This document shows positions 27,718 to 35,573 of a stretch of DNA of 64,000 bases, piece by piece. The translations under genes and the position numbers were made by a program. Below the pieces are notes generated by a model that was given only the letters and a program-made list of their open reading frames with translations, was not told where the DNA came from and made no database searches. The stretch comes from Candidatus Hydrogenedentota bacterium (lineage in GTDB: Bacteria > Hydrogenedentota > Hydrogenedentia > Hydrogenedentales > SLHB01). The stretch is from NCBI GenBank assembly GCA_963674865.2, contig CAXXYE010000011.1:32001-96000 (forward strand). The letters are read 5' to 3'. How positions within the stretch are numbered: the first letter of the stretch is position 1; each line of letters starts with the position of its first letter.

Positions 27718-27799
27718 TGAGTAGTGGATAGTTGATAGTACCGACAGTGGTCGCGAGAAGGAGACTCCCCACTCTCCACTCACCACTCTCCACTACTCA
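27708..27799. repeat. Heptamer-type repeats in inverted arrangement
   Basis: AGTGGAT/AGTGAGT/AGTTGAT tract followed by the complementary-type CCACTCT/CCACTCA tract; the same CCACTCT-type tract recurs at ~49511-49553. Confidence 0.65.
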
Positions 27800-27800
27800 T

Positions 27801-27875
27801 GGTGTTCGTAGTGTAGCGGTCACTGCATACCCGGCTGTGAACCGGGAGGTAAGGGTTCGACTCCCTTCGGGCACC
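27801..27875 (+). tRNA. tRNA-His(GTG)
   Basis: G-1:C73 pair; GTGTTCG/CGGGCAC; CCCGG-CTGTGAA-CCGGG; AAGGG-TTCGACT-CCCTT. Confidence 0.92.
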
Positions 27876-27897
27876 CTGATTTGGATTGGAGAACGAG

Positions 27898-28494
27898 ATG
27901 ACTGCCAGATTACTGCAAAGACCGACGCTGGTCTTGAACCGCAACTGGCAGCCGGTGCACGTTGCCACCGTGGCCCGGGCGCTGGTGCTGTTGTGGAACG
28001 AGACGGCTCGCGTGGTGGACCCGGCCGACTATCAGGCCTACACCTGGGACGACTGGTCGAAACTCCGTCCCGGTGACGGCGAGCGGTTCATCCAGGCCGT
28101 CCGGTTTCGTCTGCGGGTGCCGGAGGTGCTCACGCTCAACGCCTACGACCGGCTGCCCGCGGCGGCGGTGACCTTCAGCCGCCGGAACATTTTCAAGCGC
28201 GACCGTTTTGCCTGCCAGTATTGCGGCGTGCAACCGGGGAGCGAGGAGTTGACCCTCGATCACATTGTGCCTCGCGCCCGGGGCGGCGAGTCGCGCTGGG
28301 ACAACTGCGTTTTGGCCTGCGTGGAGTGCAATAAGCGCAAGGCGGACCGCACGCCCGAGCAGGCGGGGATGCGGCTTCGCAAGCGGCCGGTCCAACCGAT
28401 CTGGCGACCGCTGTACGCGGCGCACGATGTGAGGATCGAAAGCTGGTCGAAGTTTGTCAGCGAGGCGTACTGGAACGCCGCGCTGGAGAAATAG
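27898..28494 (+). CDS. HNH endonuclease
   Basis: LVLNRNWQPV N-terminus; RD-x3-CQYCG, LDHIVPRARGG, NCVLACVECNKRK; GGAG RBS. Confidence 0.92.
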   Translation: MTARLLQRPTLVLNRNWQPVHVATVARALVLLWNETARVVDPADYQAYTWDDWSKLRPGDGERFIQAVRFRLRVPEVLTLNAYDRLPAAAVTFSRRNIFKRDRFACQYCGVQPGSEELTLDHIVPRARGGESRWDNCVLACVECNKRKADRTPEQAGMRLRKRPVQPIWRPLYAAHDVRIESWSKFVSEAYWNAALEK

Positions 28495-28562
28495 CTGGGA
28501 AACGCCCGGCGCGGTGTCTGGGTGCCGCGCCGGGCCCGGGTCGGCACGAAGAGGATAGAAAC

Positions 28563-29132
28563 ATGGCCGGACGAATCAGATTCAGCCAGACGCCGCCGGG
28601 TGCGACGCGGAGGCACTACCTTTCTCCGGATGACATCGAGGTTCTGCTGGAACGTCTTCCGGAGAGGGTCTTCGAACGTTTGCGCGCGGTCCATTTCAAT
28701 GACCGTTCGGGCGGAAGACGGAGATACGGATACGTCAACCGTGGCCATCGAGAGATCGCCCTTTGCGCCTTGCCGGTCCGGGTTAGCCTGTCGGCTTGCT
28801 TCACGCGGCGGTCGAGTCGCGGGCGCATACACGGCTCGCCTCGGCAGTTCGGCGCGGTTCGCGGAGCGCAGTGGCCGGAGACGGCCGTACGACGTTTCAT
28901 GCTCTACAACGGCTTCCTGCACGAATTGGGACACTTGCAGATCGTCGATCCCAAGGCACGCAACGTGTGGCGAAAGTTCGCCAGCGAAACGAAGGCGCAG
29001 GAGTTCGCCGACGAGTGGCGGGTCCGGCTCTGGTCGGAACCGTTCGAGCACCCCGACCCGATCCACAATCCGCCATCGGACGCGGAACTGGAAAGGCTCG
29101 GATATGAACTTCTCGCAGTGACAGATGGATAG
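28563..29132 (+). CDS. Hypothetical protein with HExxH (zincin-like) motif
   Basis: GAGGA RBS; FLHELGH followed by E-x2-A-x2-FA. Confidence 0.7.
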   Translation: MAGRIRFSQTPPGATRRHYLSPDDIEVLLERLPERVFERLRAVHFNDRSGGRRRYGYVNRGHREIALCALPVRVSLSACFTRRSSRGRIHGSPRQFGAVRGAQWPETAVRRFMLYNGFLHELGHLQIVDPKARNVWRKFASETKAQEFADEWRVRLWSEPFEHPDPIHNPPSDAELERLGYELLAVTDG

Positions 29133-29231
29133 GCTTTCGGCTTCCAGTTGGTCCCGCAGTTGTACCGCCGGACCTCCGCAAGGCAGCAGTACAACCTCCA
29201 CCCCAACAGATTGTCCCTTACCAAGGAATGA

Positions 29232-29301
29232 ACGAGTGTGCTCCTGGGAGGGCAGCCAGCCTCCAAACCTGGCGTACGGGGTTCGAATCCTCGCACTCGT
29301 G
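29232..29301 (+). tRNA. tRNA-Trp(CCA)
   Basis: ACGAGTG/CACTCGT-G; loop CTCCAAA; CGGGG-TTCGAAT-CCTCG; short D arm. Confidence 0.8.
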
Positions 29302-29318
29302 CTTTGTGATCAATGAAT

Positions 29319-29392
29319 GCCGACGTGGCTCGACAAAGAAAGGCGCCGGCCCCGTAAACCGGATCATGCTGGTGCGAATCCAGTCGTCGGCT
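29319..29392 (+). tRNA. tRNA-Thr(CGT), degenerate
   Basis: GCCGACG/CGTCGGC-T; loop CCCGTAA (C33); T loop TGCGAAT. Confidence 0.7.
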
Positions 29393-29426
29393 CTTGATCG
29401 CAGATCAAGGTATGGATAGACAATAG

Positions 29427-29520
29427 GTCCTCGGAGTGTGGCGGATCTCGCACGCGACCCTGCGAAGGTCGAAGGACCAACGCTGCGCGTCGGTGCCCGG
29501 CTCGATTCCTGGCGGGGACA
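29427..29520 (+). tRNA. tRNA-Arg(GCG) with a ~19-nt insert at the variable/T-arm junction
   Basis: GTCCTCG/CGGGGAC-A; CGACC-CTGCGAA-GGTCG; removing 29480-29498 restores the T stem CCAGG/CCTGG. Confidence 0.75.
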
Positions 29521-29525
29521 CTTTG

Positions 29526-29583
29526 GAAAGCGGAAAGCTGGGAACGGCTTGCAGGAGGTGTTCGGCTTTCAGCTTTCAGCTTT
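29526..29583. repeat. Heptamer inverted repeat tract
   Basis: GAAAGCG-GAAAGCT ... GGCTTTC-AGCTTTC-AGCTTT. Confidence 0.6.
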
Positions 29584-29588
29584 GCGAA

Positions 29589-29659
29589 GACGCTGGAGCC
29601 AGACGGCAAGGCGATCGGTTGCAACCCGATTGAAGTGGGTTCGACTCCCACCGGCGTCT
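29589..29659 (+). tRNA. tRNA-Cys(GCA)
   Basis: GACGCTG/CGGCGTC-T (U73); ATCGG-TTGCAAC-CCGAT; GTGGG-TTCGACT-CCCAC. Confidence 0.9.
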
Positions 29660-29692
29660 CTTACCAATAGCTCAAGAGAAACTTGAAGAAAG

Positions 29693-30281
29693 GACGAGTG
29701 ATTCCGCCTTTTCCAGCGGCGCGCTCGGCCCCGGATTAGTTCGGTTGGTCGGGTGTGTTCCGCGAGTGGGTTCTAAGGAGGCGTTTCACGCGTGGCTAGC
29801 TCAGTTGGCAGAGCACCAGACTGAAAATCTGGCTGTCGCGGGTTCGATTCCCGTGCCGCTCGACAGGCTAACAACCTGTCTCCACCAGGACCGACGCGAA
29901 AGCGTCACCAGGGTAAGCCCGAGGGAGGTGGGCGCCGGATCGATCGGCCGCTCTTGGCATGCATGATTGCCGAGCCCGGTGATTTCCAAACGGCTGTCAT
30001 CTGTCGGTCGCGGATTGAACCCGGACGAGGCGATATGTGTCCGACAGTGGCGGCACAAACGAGTGCCATGTAGTGCGCGGATACCGCCTCCGGCGGCCTC
30101 CGGCAAAGCGATGGCGGAAACGCGGTGAAATCGGTGCCGGGTCTGGGCAATCAGCCTCGACCATGGCTGCCGGACAACCGCGAGGAGTCCGTCGCCGACC
30201 CGGGGGCGCGCCGGATGCTCAAGCCGCACTCCGCACTCCAATGTGTGATCGGCCTGCGTTCCACCGCCCGAGGGCGTTTTT
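29693..30281 (+). ncRNA. Large structured non-coding RNA, GOLLD-like, with an embedded tRNA (boundaries approximate)
   Basis: No credible protein; many helices (GACAGG/CCTGTC, GACGC-GAAA-GCGTC, CTGTCGG/CCGACAG, GGCAC/GTGCC, CC-GCGA-GG, CGCCC/GGGCG+T5); tRNA-array context. The GOLLD assignment is inference. Confidence 0.6.
29790..29862 (+). tRNA. tRNA-Phe(GAA) embedded in the large RNA
   Basis: Canonical D arm GCTC-AGTTGGCA-GAGC; CCAGA-CTGAAAA-TCTGG; GCGGG-TTCGATT-CCCGT; acceptor stem has a C:U mismatch and G73. Confidence 0.85.
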
Positions 30282-30345
30282 AACCACAATCGGCAGTTAC
30301 GATAGACGGCAACGACAAGTGAAGCGGAAGCCGAGGAGGATGACA

Positions 30346-31461
30346 ATGTTGAACATGTTGGTTATCAAGACGATCAAGATCAAAAGCTACGAGGTGGGCC
30401 TCTACTTCCGTGACGGTGAGTTCAAGGGCCTCTTGAGTAAGGGTCGGCACTGGCTCTTCGATCCGCTGGGCAAGGTCCGCGTCGACGTCGTCTCGACCCG
30501 CGACGCCTGGCTAATTCACGACAAGCTCGACATGATCGTCAAGTCGGGTGCGCTGGTGGACCGCGCCGTCGTGCTCGATTTGAAGGACTATCAGCGGGGC
30601 CTGGTCTGGATCGAGGGCCGGTTCAGCCACGTATTGCCGCCGGGCCTTTACGCCTACTGGACGACCACGCGCGAGATCGAGAGCGACGTTGTCGATGCCC
30701 GCAAGGTCCGCTTCGAGCACGACGACCTACCGGTGATTCTGCGTTCGAAGCTGGCCGAGCGGGTGCTGGAAACCTGTCAGATCGAGCAGGATCACGTGGG
30801 CGTTTTGTTCACCGACGGCGAGTACGTCGAGACCCTCTCGCCGGGCCGCTACGCCTTCTGGAAAGACACGGCCAAGGTGAGCGTTCTCCGCGTCGATATG
30901 CGCGAGACGATCGTCGACGTGGGCGGCCAGGAGATCATGACGGCCGACAAGGTGACCCTGCGGCTGAACGCCCTGGTGACCTACCGGGTTGTGGACGCGC
31001 GGCAGTCGGTCAGCGTGGCCGATGACGCCCGGCAGGCGCTTTATCGCGAGGCCCAGTTGGCCCTGCGAGCCGTGATCGGGGCCCGCGAGTTGGACGACTT
31101 CCTGGCCGCCAAGGACGCGGTGGCCGAGGAGGTGGAAGAGATCCTCCGCGAGCGGGCCAAGGCGTTGAGTCTCGTGATCGCATCGGTGGGTATCCGCGAC
31201 GTGATCCTGCCGGGCGAGATGAAGGACCTGATGAACAAGGTCACCGAGGCCAAGAAGGCCGCCGAGGCCAACCTGATCGTCCGTCGCGAGGAGACGGCGG
31301 CCATGCGCAGCCAGGCCAACACGGCCAAGCTGCTCGACGCCAGCCCGACCTTGATGCGGCTCCGCGAGCTGGAGGTCCTGGAGAGGGTCGCCACCAGCGG
31401 CAAGCTGAACGTCGTCTTGGGCGAGAAGGGCCTCGCCGAGCGGGTTGTCAACCTGCTCTGA
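30346..31461 (+). CDS. SPFH/band-7 (slipin family) protein
   Basis: GAGGAGG RBS; three N-terminal L-x-PG/KG-x-Y/H-x-W repeats; QEIMTADKVTLRLN, IRDVILPGEMK, ANLIVRREETAAMRSQANTAKLL, LRELE. Confidence 0.9.
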   Translation: MLNMLVIKTIKIKSYEVGLYFRDGEFKGLLSKGRHWLFDPLGKVRVDVVSTRDAWLIHDKLDMIVKSGALVDRAVVLDLKDYQRGLVWIEGRFSHVLPPGLYAYWTTTREIESDVVDARKVRFEHDDLPVILRSKLAERVLETCQIEQDHVGVLFTDGEYVETLSPGRYAFWKDTAKVSVLRVDMRETIVDVGGQEIMTADKVTLRLNALVTYRVVDARQSVSVADDARQALYREAQLALRAVIGARELDDFLAAKDAVAEEVEEILRERAKALSLVIASVGIRDVILPGEMKDLMNKVTEAKKAAEANLIVRREETAAMRSQANTAKLLDASPTLMRLRELEVLERVATSGKLNVVLGEKGLAERVVNLL

Positions 31462-31476
31462 TTAACGGAAGGTAAC

Positions 31477-31508
31477 TTGGGGGTCGGGCGAGAGCTCGGC
31501 CCCCAAGA
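31477..31508 (+). terminator. Strong hairpin closing the array/SPFH unit
   Basis: CTTGGGGGTCGGGC-GAGA-GCTCGGCCCCCAAG; no clear U-tract. Confidence 0.55.
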
Positions 31509-31612
31509 TCCTGACCACGATCAGATTCCAACGCGATGGACTCCAGGAGCGGGCAAAACTACAATGGCGTTTCCGGCCTTGTTCTAATGAGTATCTCCAA
31601 CGGAATCGCTCC

Positions 31613-33510
31613 ATGCTTCGCATCACGCCTTGTCTCGTGTGCCTCTTGTTGTCTCTTGCAGTGTCGCACGGCGCCGAGCAAGAGAATCTCATCGTCAACC
31701 CGGGCTTTGACGACACGGCCAAGAGCGGCTGGCTTGCTCGCGGCAGGCCGATCACCCTCGATCCGGAGGGAGCGTACGGCACGCCATGTCTCCGCGTGGT
31801 GACGCCGGAAGCCGACAAGTATCCCGGTTTCTACTTCGTCAGCACTCGCGATATTCCCGCGCTGGCCAATCGCTCGTACACCTTCAAGTGCCTCGTCAAG
31901 ACCGCCCACACAGCCGGTACGGCCCAGGCCGGCGTCCGCTTGGTGAATGCCGAGGGCAAGAGCGTCGGATACCGGATGGCCGAGGAGATCGAACCGGGCC
32001 AGCGCGACTGGCACGAACAGAAGGTGACGTTCACCACGCATGAAACTGTCGCCACGATGCAGATCTACCTGATCCACCGGGACATGAAGGGGACTGTCTG
32101 GTACGACGAATGCGAGCTTCGGCCACGCCCGCCCAAATCGGTGCCGCCGATCGGTGACGGGGCGGCAGTAACTTTCGACGGCGGACCGGGTGGGCTCGAG
32201 ATGCGGGTGGAGAAGGTCGATGAGCACGACGGAAAGATCCGTGTGCAAACGACCGGTGCCGAGTACCTCATCGACCCGACCGCAGGGTCCATATTGGGAT
32301 CGCAGCGAATCGGGATCGAGCGTCCGGTGGTCAAGATCGCTTTTCCCCAGGGGGCTTGCCGGACTGCGCGTGATCCGAAATGACGACACGGTTTGCGTAC
32401 TTGTCGACCGGCCAACTGGATATCGGCATCCAATGCGATTCGCTGATCGTGGTGGCGGCCGCCGAGGAGCAGCCCGTGGTGTGCGAAGGCCGGATCGGCG
32501 GTACCTGGGCGCGTTTCGAGGAGGGGCACGTGCTGGCGATCGACGACCGTGGCGGCGTAGGCGTCTATCCTCACGTGATGCAGGGCTCCGGTATCAAGGC
32601 CGGGGCCCTCGAGCCGCCCGTCGACCTTTCCAAGCCCGGCTGGAGATGCACGCATACGATCGGTTCTAGCGCCCGTCTGGGCATTTCCGTCTTTCCGCCG
32701 CGCGAGTTTGACTGGGAGAAATCGTTCCAGTGGCGGCTCTGCCACACGGGCGGAGAGTTTCCACCGGACGAGGTGCTCGATCGCTGGAGCGAGCACGCCA
32801 CCCACATGTGCCTGCATGCCAGTTCGATGTGGGCATCGGAACATCCGTGGATGGGACCGTATGAACAGAAGGACCCCGACGGCTTCCGGCGCGTGATTGC
32901 CACCTGCAAACACAACGGGATGACGGTGATGCCGTACATGAGCCCCTGGTACTTCAACGTCCGCGATGCCGACACGTTCATCAAGCAGCTTGCCACCCAG
33001 AAAGCCGAGTTCGGCTTCGGCGGAATTTACTACGACGGGCTCTGGTACGACGACTGGATCGAGTCGTACCGGGTGATGCGGATGACGCGCGAGCTATTCC
33101 CCGAAGGATGCGTGTATATCCACAGCACGATCGGCCCGCCGATTTTTTCGAGGACGATCTGGTGCCCTTTTCTGGATACTTATGCCGACTTAGTTCTCCG
33201 CGGAGAGGGGCAGCCGTGTCAGGGGCCGGAGGATCCTTATGTCCGCTACGTGGCCGCGGGATATGGCACCTCGAACGCGATCGGCATGATGAAGGGCGAC
33301 AAGTGGAACGTGGACGCCAAGACGCAGAAGCAAGTAATGCTCGGCTACAATGGACGCGGACGCTGGGGGACCTATCCCCGAAAGGACAAGGACGGGAACT
33401 ACGTTTTCCCCGGACAGGAGGGCCCGCCGACCGGCTTTTTCGTCGACTGGTACTATCCGGAACTGGATCGGCTTCAACAGGAGTGGCGTGCAGGCCGGCG
33501 GAAGCCTTGA
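31613..33510 (+). CDS. Secreted CBM-like + glycoside-hydrolase-like protein, split by two apparent frameshifts
   Basis: Signal peptide, NLIVNPGF, VWYDEC; continuous read ...KIAFP/GLAGLRVIRNDDTVCV/LSTGQLDIG... across three frames at ~32350 and ~32400; GIYYDG. Confidence 0.65.
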
Positions 33511-33547
33511 TGGGCTTGCTCATCGACCGCCGACGGACGAGCCGATC

Positions 33548-35293
33548 CTACCTGTCGTGCACCACGATTTCCAATTCTTCCGTGTAGGGCGGTTGCCGGT
33601 CATCAAGCGGCGATGTCAGCGTCAGTCCCAATTCGTTGTCACCGCGAAACGGCGGGCAGTCGGCCAGCGAGATTTCAAAACGCACGCCCGGCAGGCCGCC
33701 GCGGCGCTCGCCCGCCGGGTAACGATCGACCTTGGCTCGATCAACCGGCTGTCCGTTGACGTCAACGGAGATCTCGTCGGTCGCCGAGAGGTGGTAGACC
33801 CAAAACGTGAGCCGACCCGAGAGCATCTCACCGCCCTGGCCATCGGCCATGCGGAACGGAAACGCTAGCCGTTTGCCCGCGTGATTCGCGTCGAAGGTCA
33901 GGACCGGGCTGTTGACGTGGCCCAGCGGGCTGCATCCTTCGTCGTACCAAGGATAATTGCGTGCCGGCGGCTTGCGACTCGAAATACCTTTGCCCATTGG
34001 CAAATAGCGATACGTTCGTGGCCCGGCGAAGACGTCTTCCTTCGATTTCACGGCCCCAGTCCAGCACGCGATGCGCGCCTGTTGCTCGGGGGCGGCGGTG
34101 GCTTCGCCGCCAAAGTGAATTCCCACGTTCCAGAACGAGATGCTGTCCGCTCCCCAAGCATAGTAGTTCGCAGCGGCTCCTCGGGCTTCCGGTTCGGTGA
34201 TCAACATGCCGAGGTAGCTATCTGTCTTGTGTTTAGCCGACATGGCGATCGGCCGGTCAAGGATACTGGGGGGTCCGCTGTAGATCGAACCGATCATGTT
34301 GCCCATCACCACGATCGTATCGACGCCGGCCGGTTTGGTGAAACGGGCGAACTCGCCAACCGGCAGTTGCGGATCGGTGTTGTTCCACGTCGAGATCACG
34401 ACATAGTTGATCCAGCCGCGCCGAACCCAGGTTTCGATATCCACGCCGGCGAGCCAGCAGGCGTCAACCGATTCCGGTACGCGGACGCCGAGAGTCGGAC
34501 GCTTGCGCCCTCGTTTCTTGGTTGCCGCGTCGAGCATTGCGCGGATCCGGCCGACGAAGTCCGTCATTACGGCCGCCTTCTCGCGGCCCTTGTCCCGGGG
34601 GAAGTGCTTGGCCCAGCGGACGAAGTTCAACTCCAACCCGTCGACTTCGTACCCTTCTACGATTTCTCGCATGATAGCCAGTCGATGCTCGCGGACCTCC
34701 GGATGCGAGTAATCCAGAGCCGTTTCGTTGGTGCGGCCGTCCGGCTGCTGGATCACGTATTCGGGATGTTCGATCGCGAAGAGCGAGCAAAGCGGGTGGT
34801 TGCGGTCGAGCGACCTGTGATGGGTATCGTTCATGCGGATCGCGGCCAGCACTTCCTTCCCCTTGGCCCGCATGTGCTCGGTGACGATCCGGAGGGCATC
34901 GGTCCCTTCCGCGCGGAGGCCGCGAATGCCAGGCGCCCAACCTTGTGAGAAACCTGGGGCAAAACGGTCGCCATAGACCTCTCCGGCCTTCGAGTCGAAT
35001 GTGCAGACGTCCGGGGTGGCTGCGAGAAAGACAAAGGTCGTCATCGTGACCGCCTCGGCCTCACGATCGAGCCAATCCCGTACGAAGCGGGACGTTCCGT
35101 CTGCGGGGGCTTCCATCAGCATCTGAGCGTCGTCATTGAATACAACGCGAGGAATCGGCTCGGCCGCCGGAGCCAACAAGTCGGAGCCGAATAGGAGAAA
35201 CAGAGCCAGCGCCGTGCCCAGCCCCAGGGGCCGCCTCGCCAAGGCTCCGCCCATCGGTCTGTGGCCCGCCGCGCCGAATGCCGGAATATCCAT
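33548..35293 (-). CDS. Glycoside hydrolase-like TIM barrel (GHL10-like)
   Basis: FNDD, IRMNDTH, LDYSHPEVREH, DGLELNF, LGVRVP. Confidence 0.7.
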   Translation of the reverse strand: MDIPAFGAAGHRPMGGALARRPLGLGTALALFLLFGSDLLAPAAEPIPRVVFNDDAQMLMEAPADGTSRFVRDWLDREAEAVTMTTFVFLAATPDVCTFDSKAGEVYGDRFAPGFSQGWAPGIRGLRAEGTDALRIVTEHMRAKGKEVLAAIRMNDTHHRSLDRNHPLCSLFAIEHPEYVIQQPDGRTNETALDYSHPEVREHRLAIMREIVEGYEVDGLELNFVRWAKHFPRDKGREKAAVMTDFVGRIRAMLDAATKKRGRKRPTLGVRVPESVDACWLAGVDIETWVRRGWINYVVISTWNNTDPQLPVGEFARFTKPAGVDTIVVMGNMIGSIYSGPPSILDRPIAMSAKHKTDSYLGMLITEPEARGAAANYYAWGADSISFWNVGIHFGGEATAAPEQQARIACWTGAVKSKEDVFAGPRTYRYLPMGKGISSRKPPARNYPWYDEGCSPLGHVNSPVLTFDANHAGKRLAFPFRMADGQGGEMLSGRLTFWVYHLSATDEISVDVNGQPVDRAKVDRYPAGERRGGLPGVRFEISLADCPPFRGDNELGLTLTSPLDDRQPPYTEELEIVVHDR

Positions 35294-35573
35294 GGAGTCT
35301 CTCGCTCAGAAGCCATATTGATGGGCAGGTTCCCAGGCGTCTATTGTAAGTGCCGCCGGTCCCCATACAATGCGGCAAGACTGCCCAACCCGAATAGCCA
35401 CTTGGTTTTCGAGCGCAATTGCGGTCGCATGCTCGGTCGCCGCCACAACCGGCGGATCGTGGTTTCCTCACAGGTGAGGCGGGTGTATAATCGGTGTCTG
35501 ACGGTGGGGGGGTGGGCCGAGACGCCCCGCAGATTTTGTTTTTGTCCTGCCTAGACACTCTGGAGGTCGTGCA

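Noticed and set aside
29693..30281. RNase P RNA, tmRNA or self-splicing intron as the identity of the structured region
   Set aside because: GAGGAGTCC at ~30182 only loosely resembles RNase P GAGGAAAGTCC and I see no matching 3' strand; no tmRNA ends or tag ORF; no group II domain V recognised.
30037..30345. 103-aa N-terminal extension of the SPFH ORF given in the track
   Set aside because: Arg/Gly/Pro-rich and not protein-like, overlaps the structured RNA; a strong GAGGAGG RBS points to ATG 30346.
25800..31500. Prophage or ICE carrying the tRNA array
   Set aside because: No integrase, terminase, capsid, relaxase or att-like direct repeats seen; ancient mobile origin is not excluded.
32340..32405. 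Programmed ribosomal frameshifting in the CBM/GH-like gene
   Set aside because: Two shifts within ~50 nt, one at a TTTTCCCCAGGGGG run, and many similar breaks elsewhere favour sequencing error.
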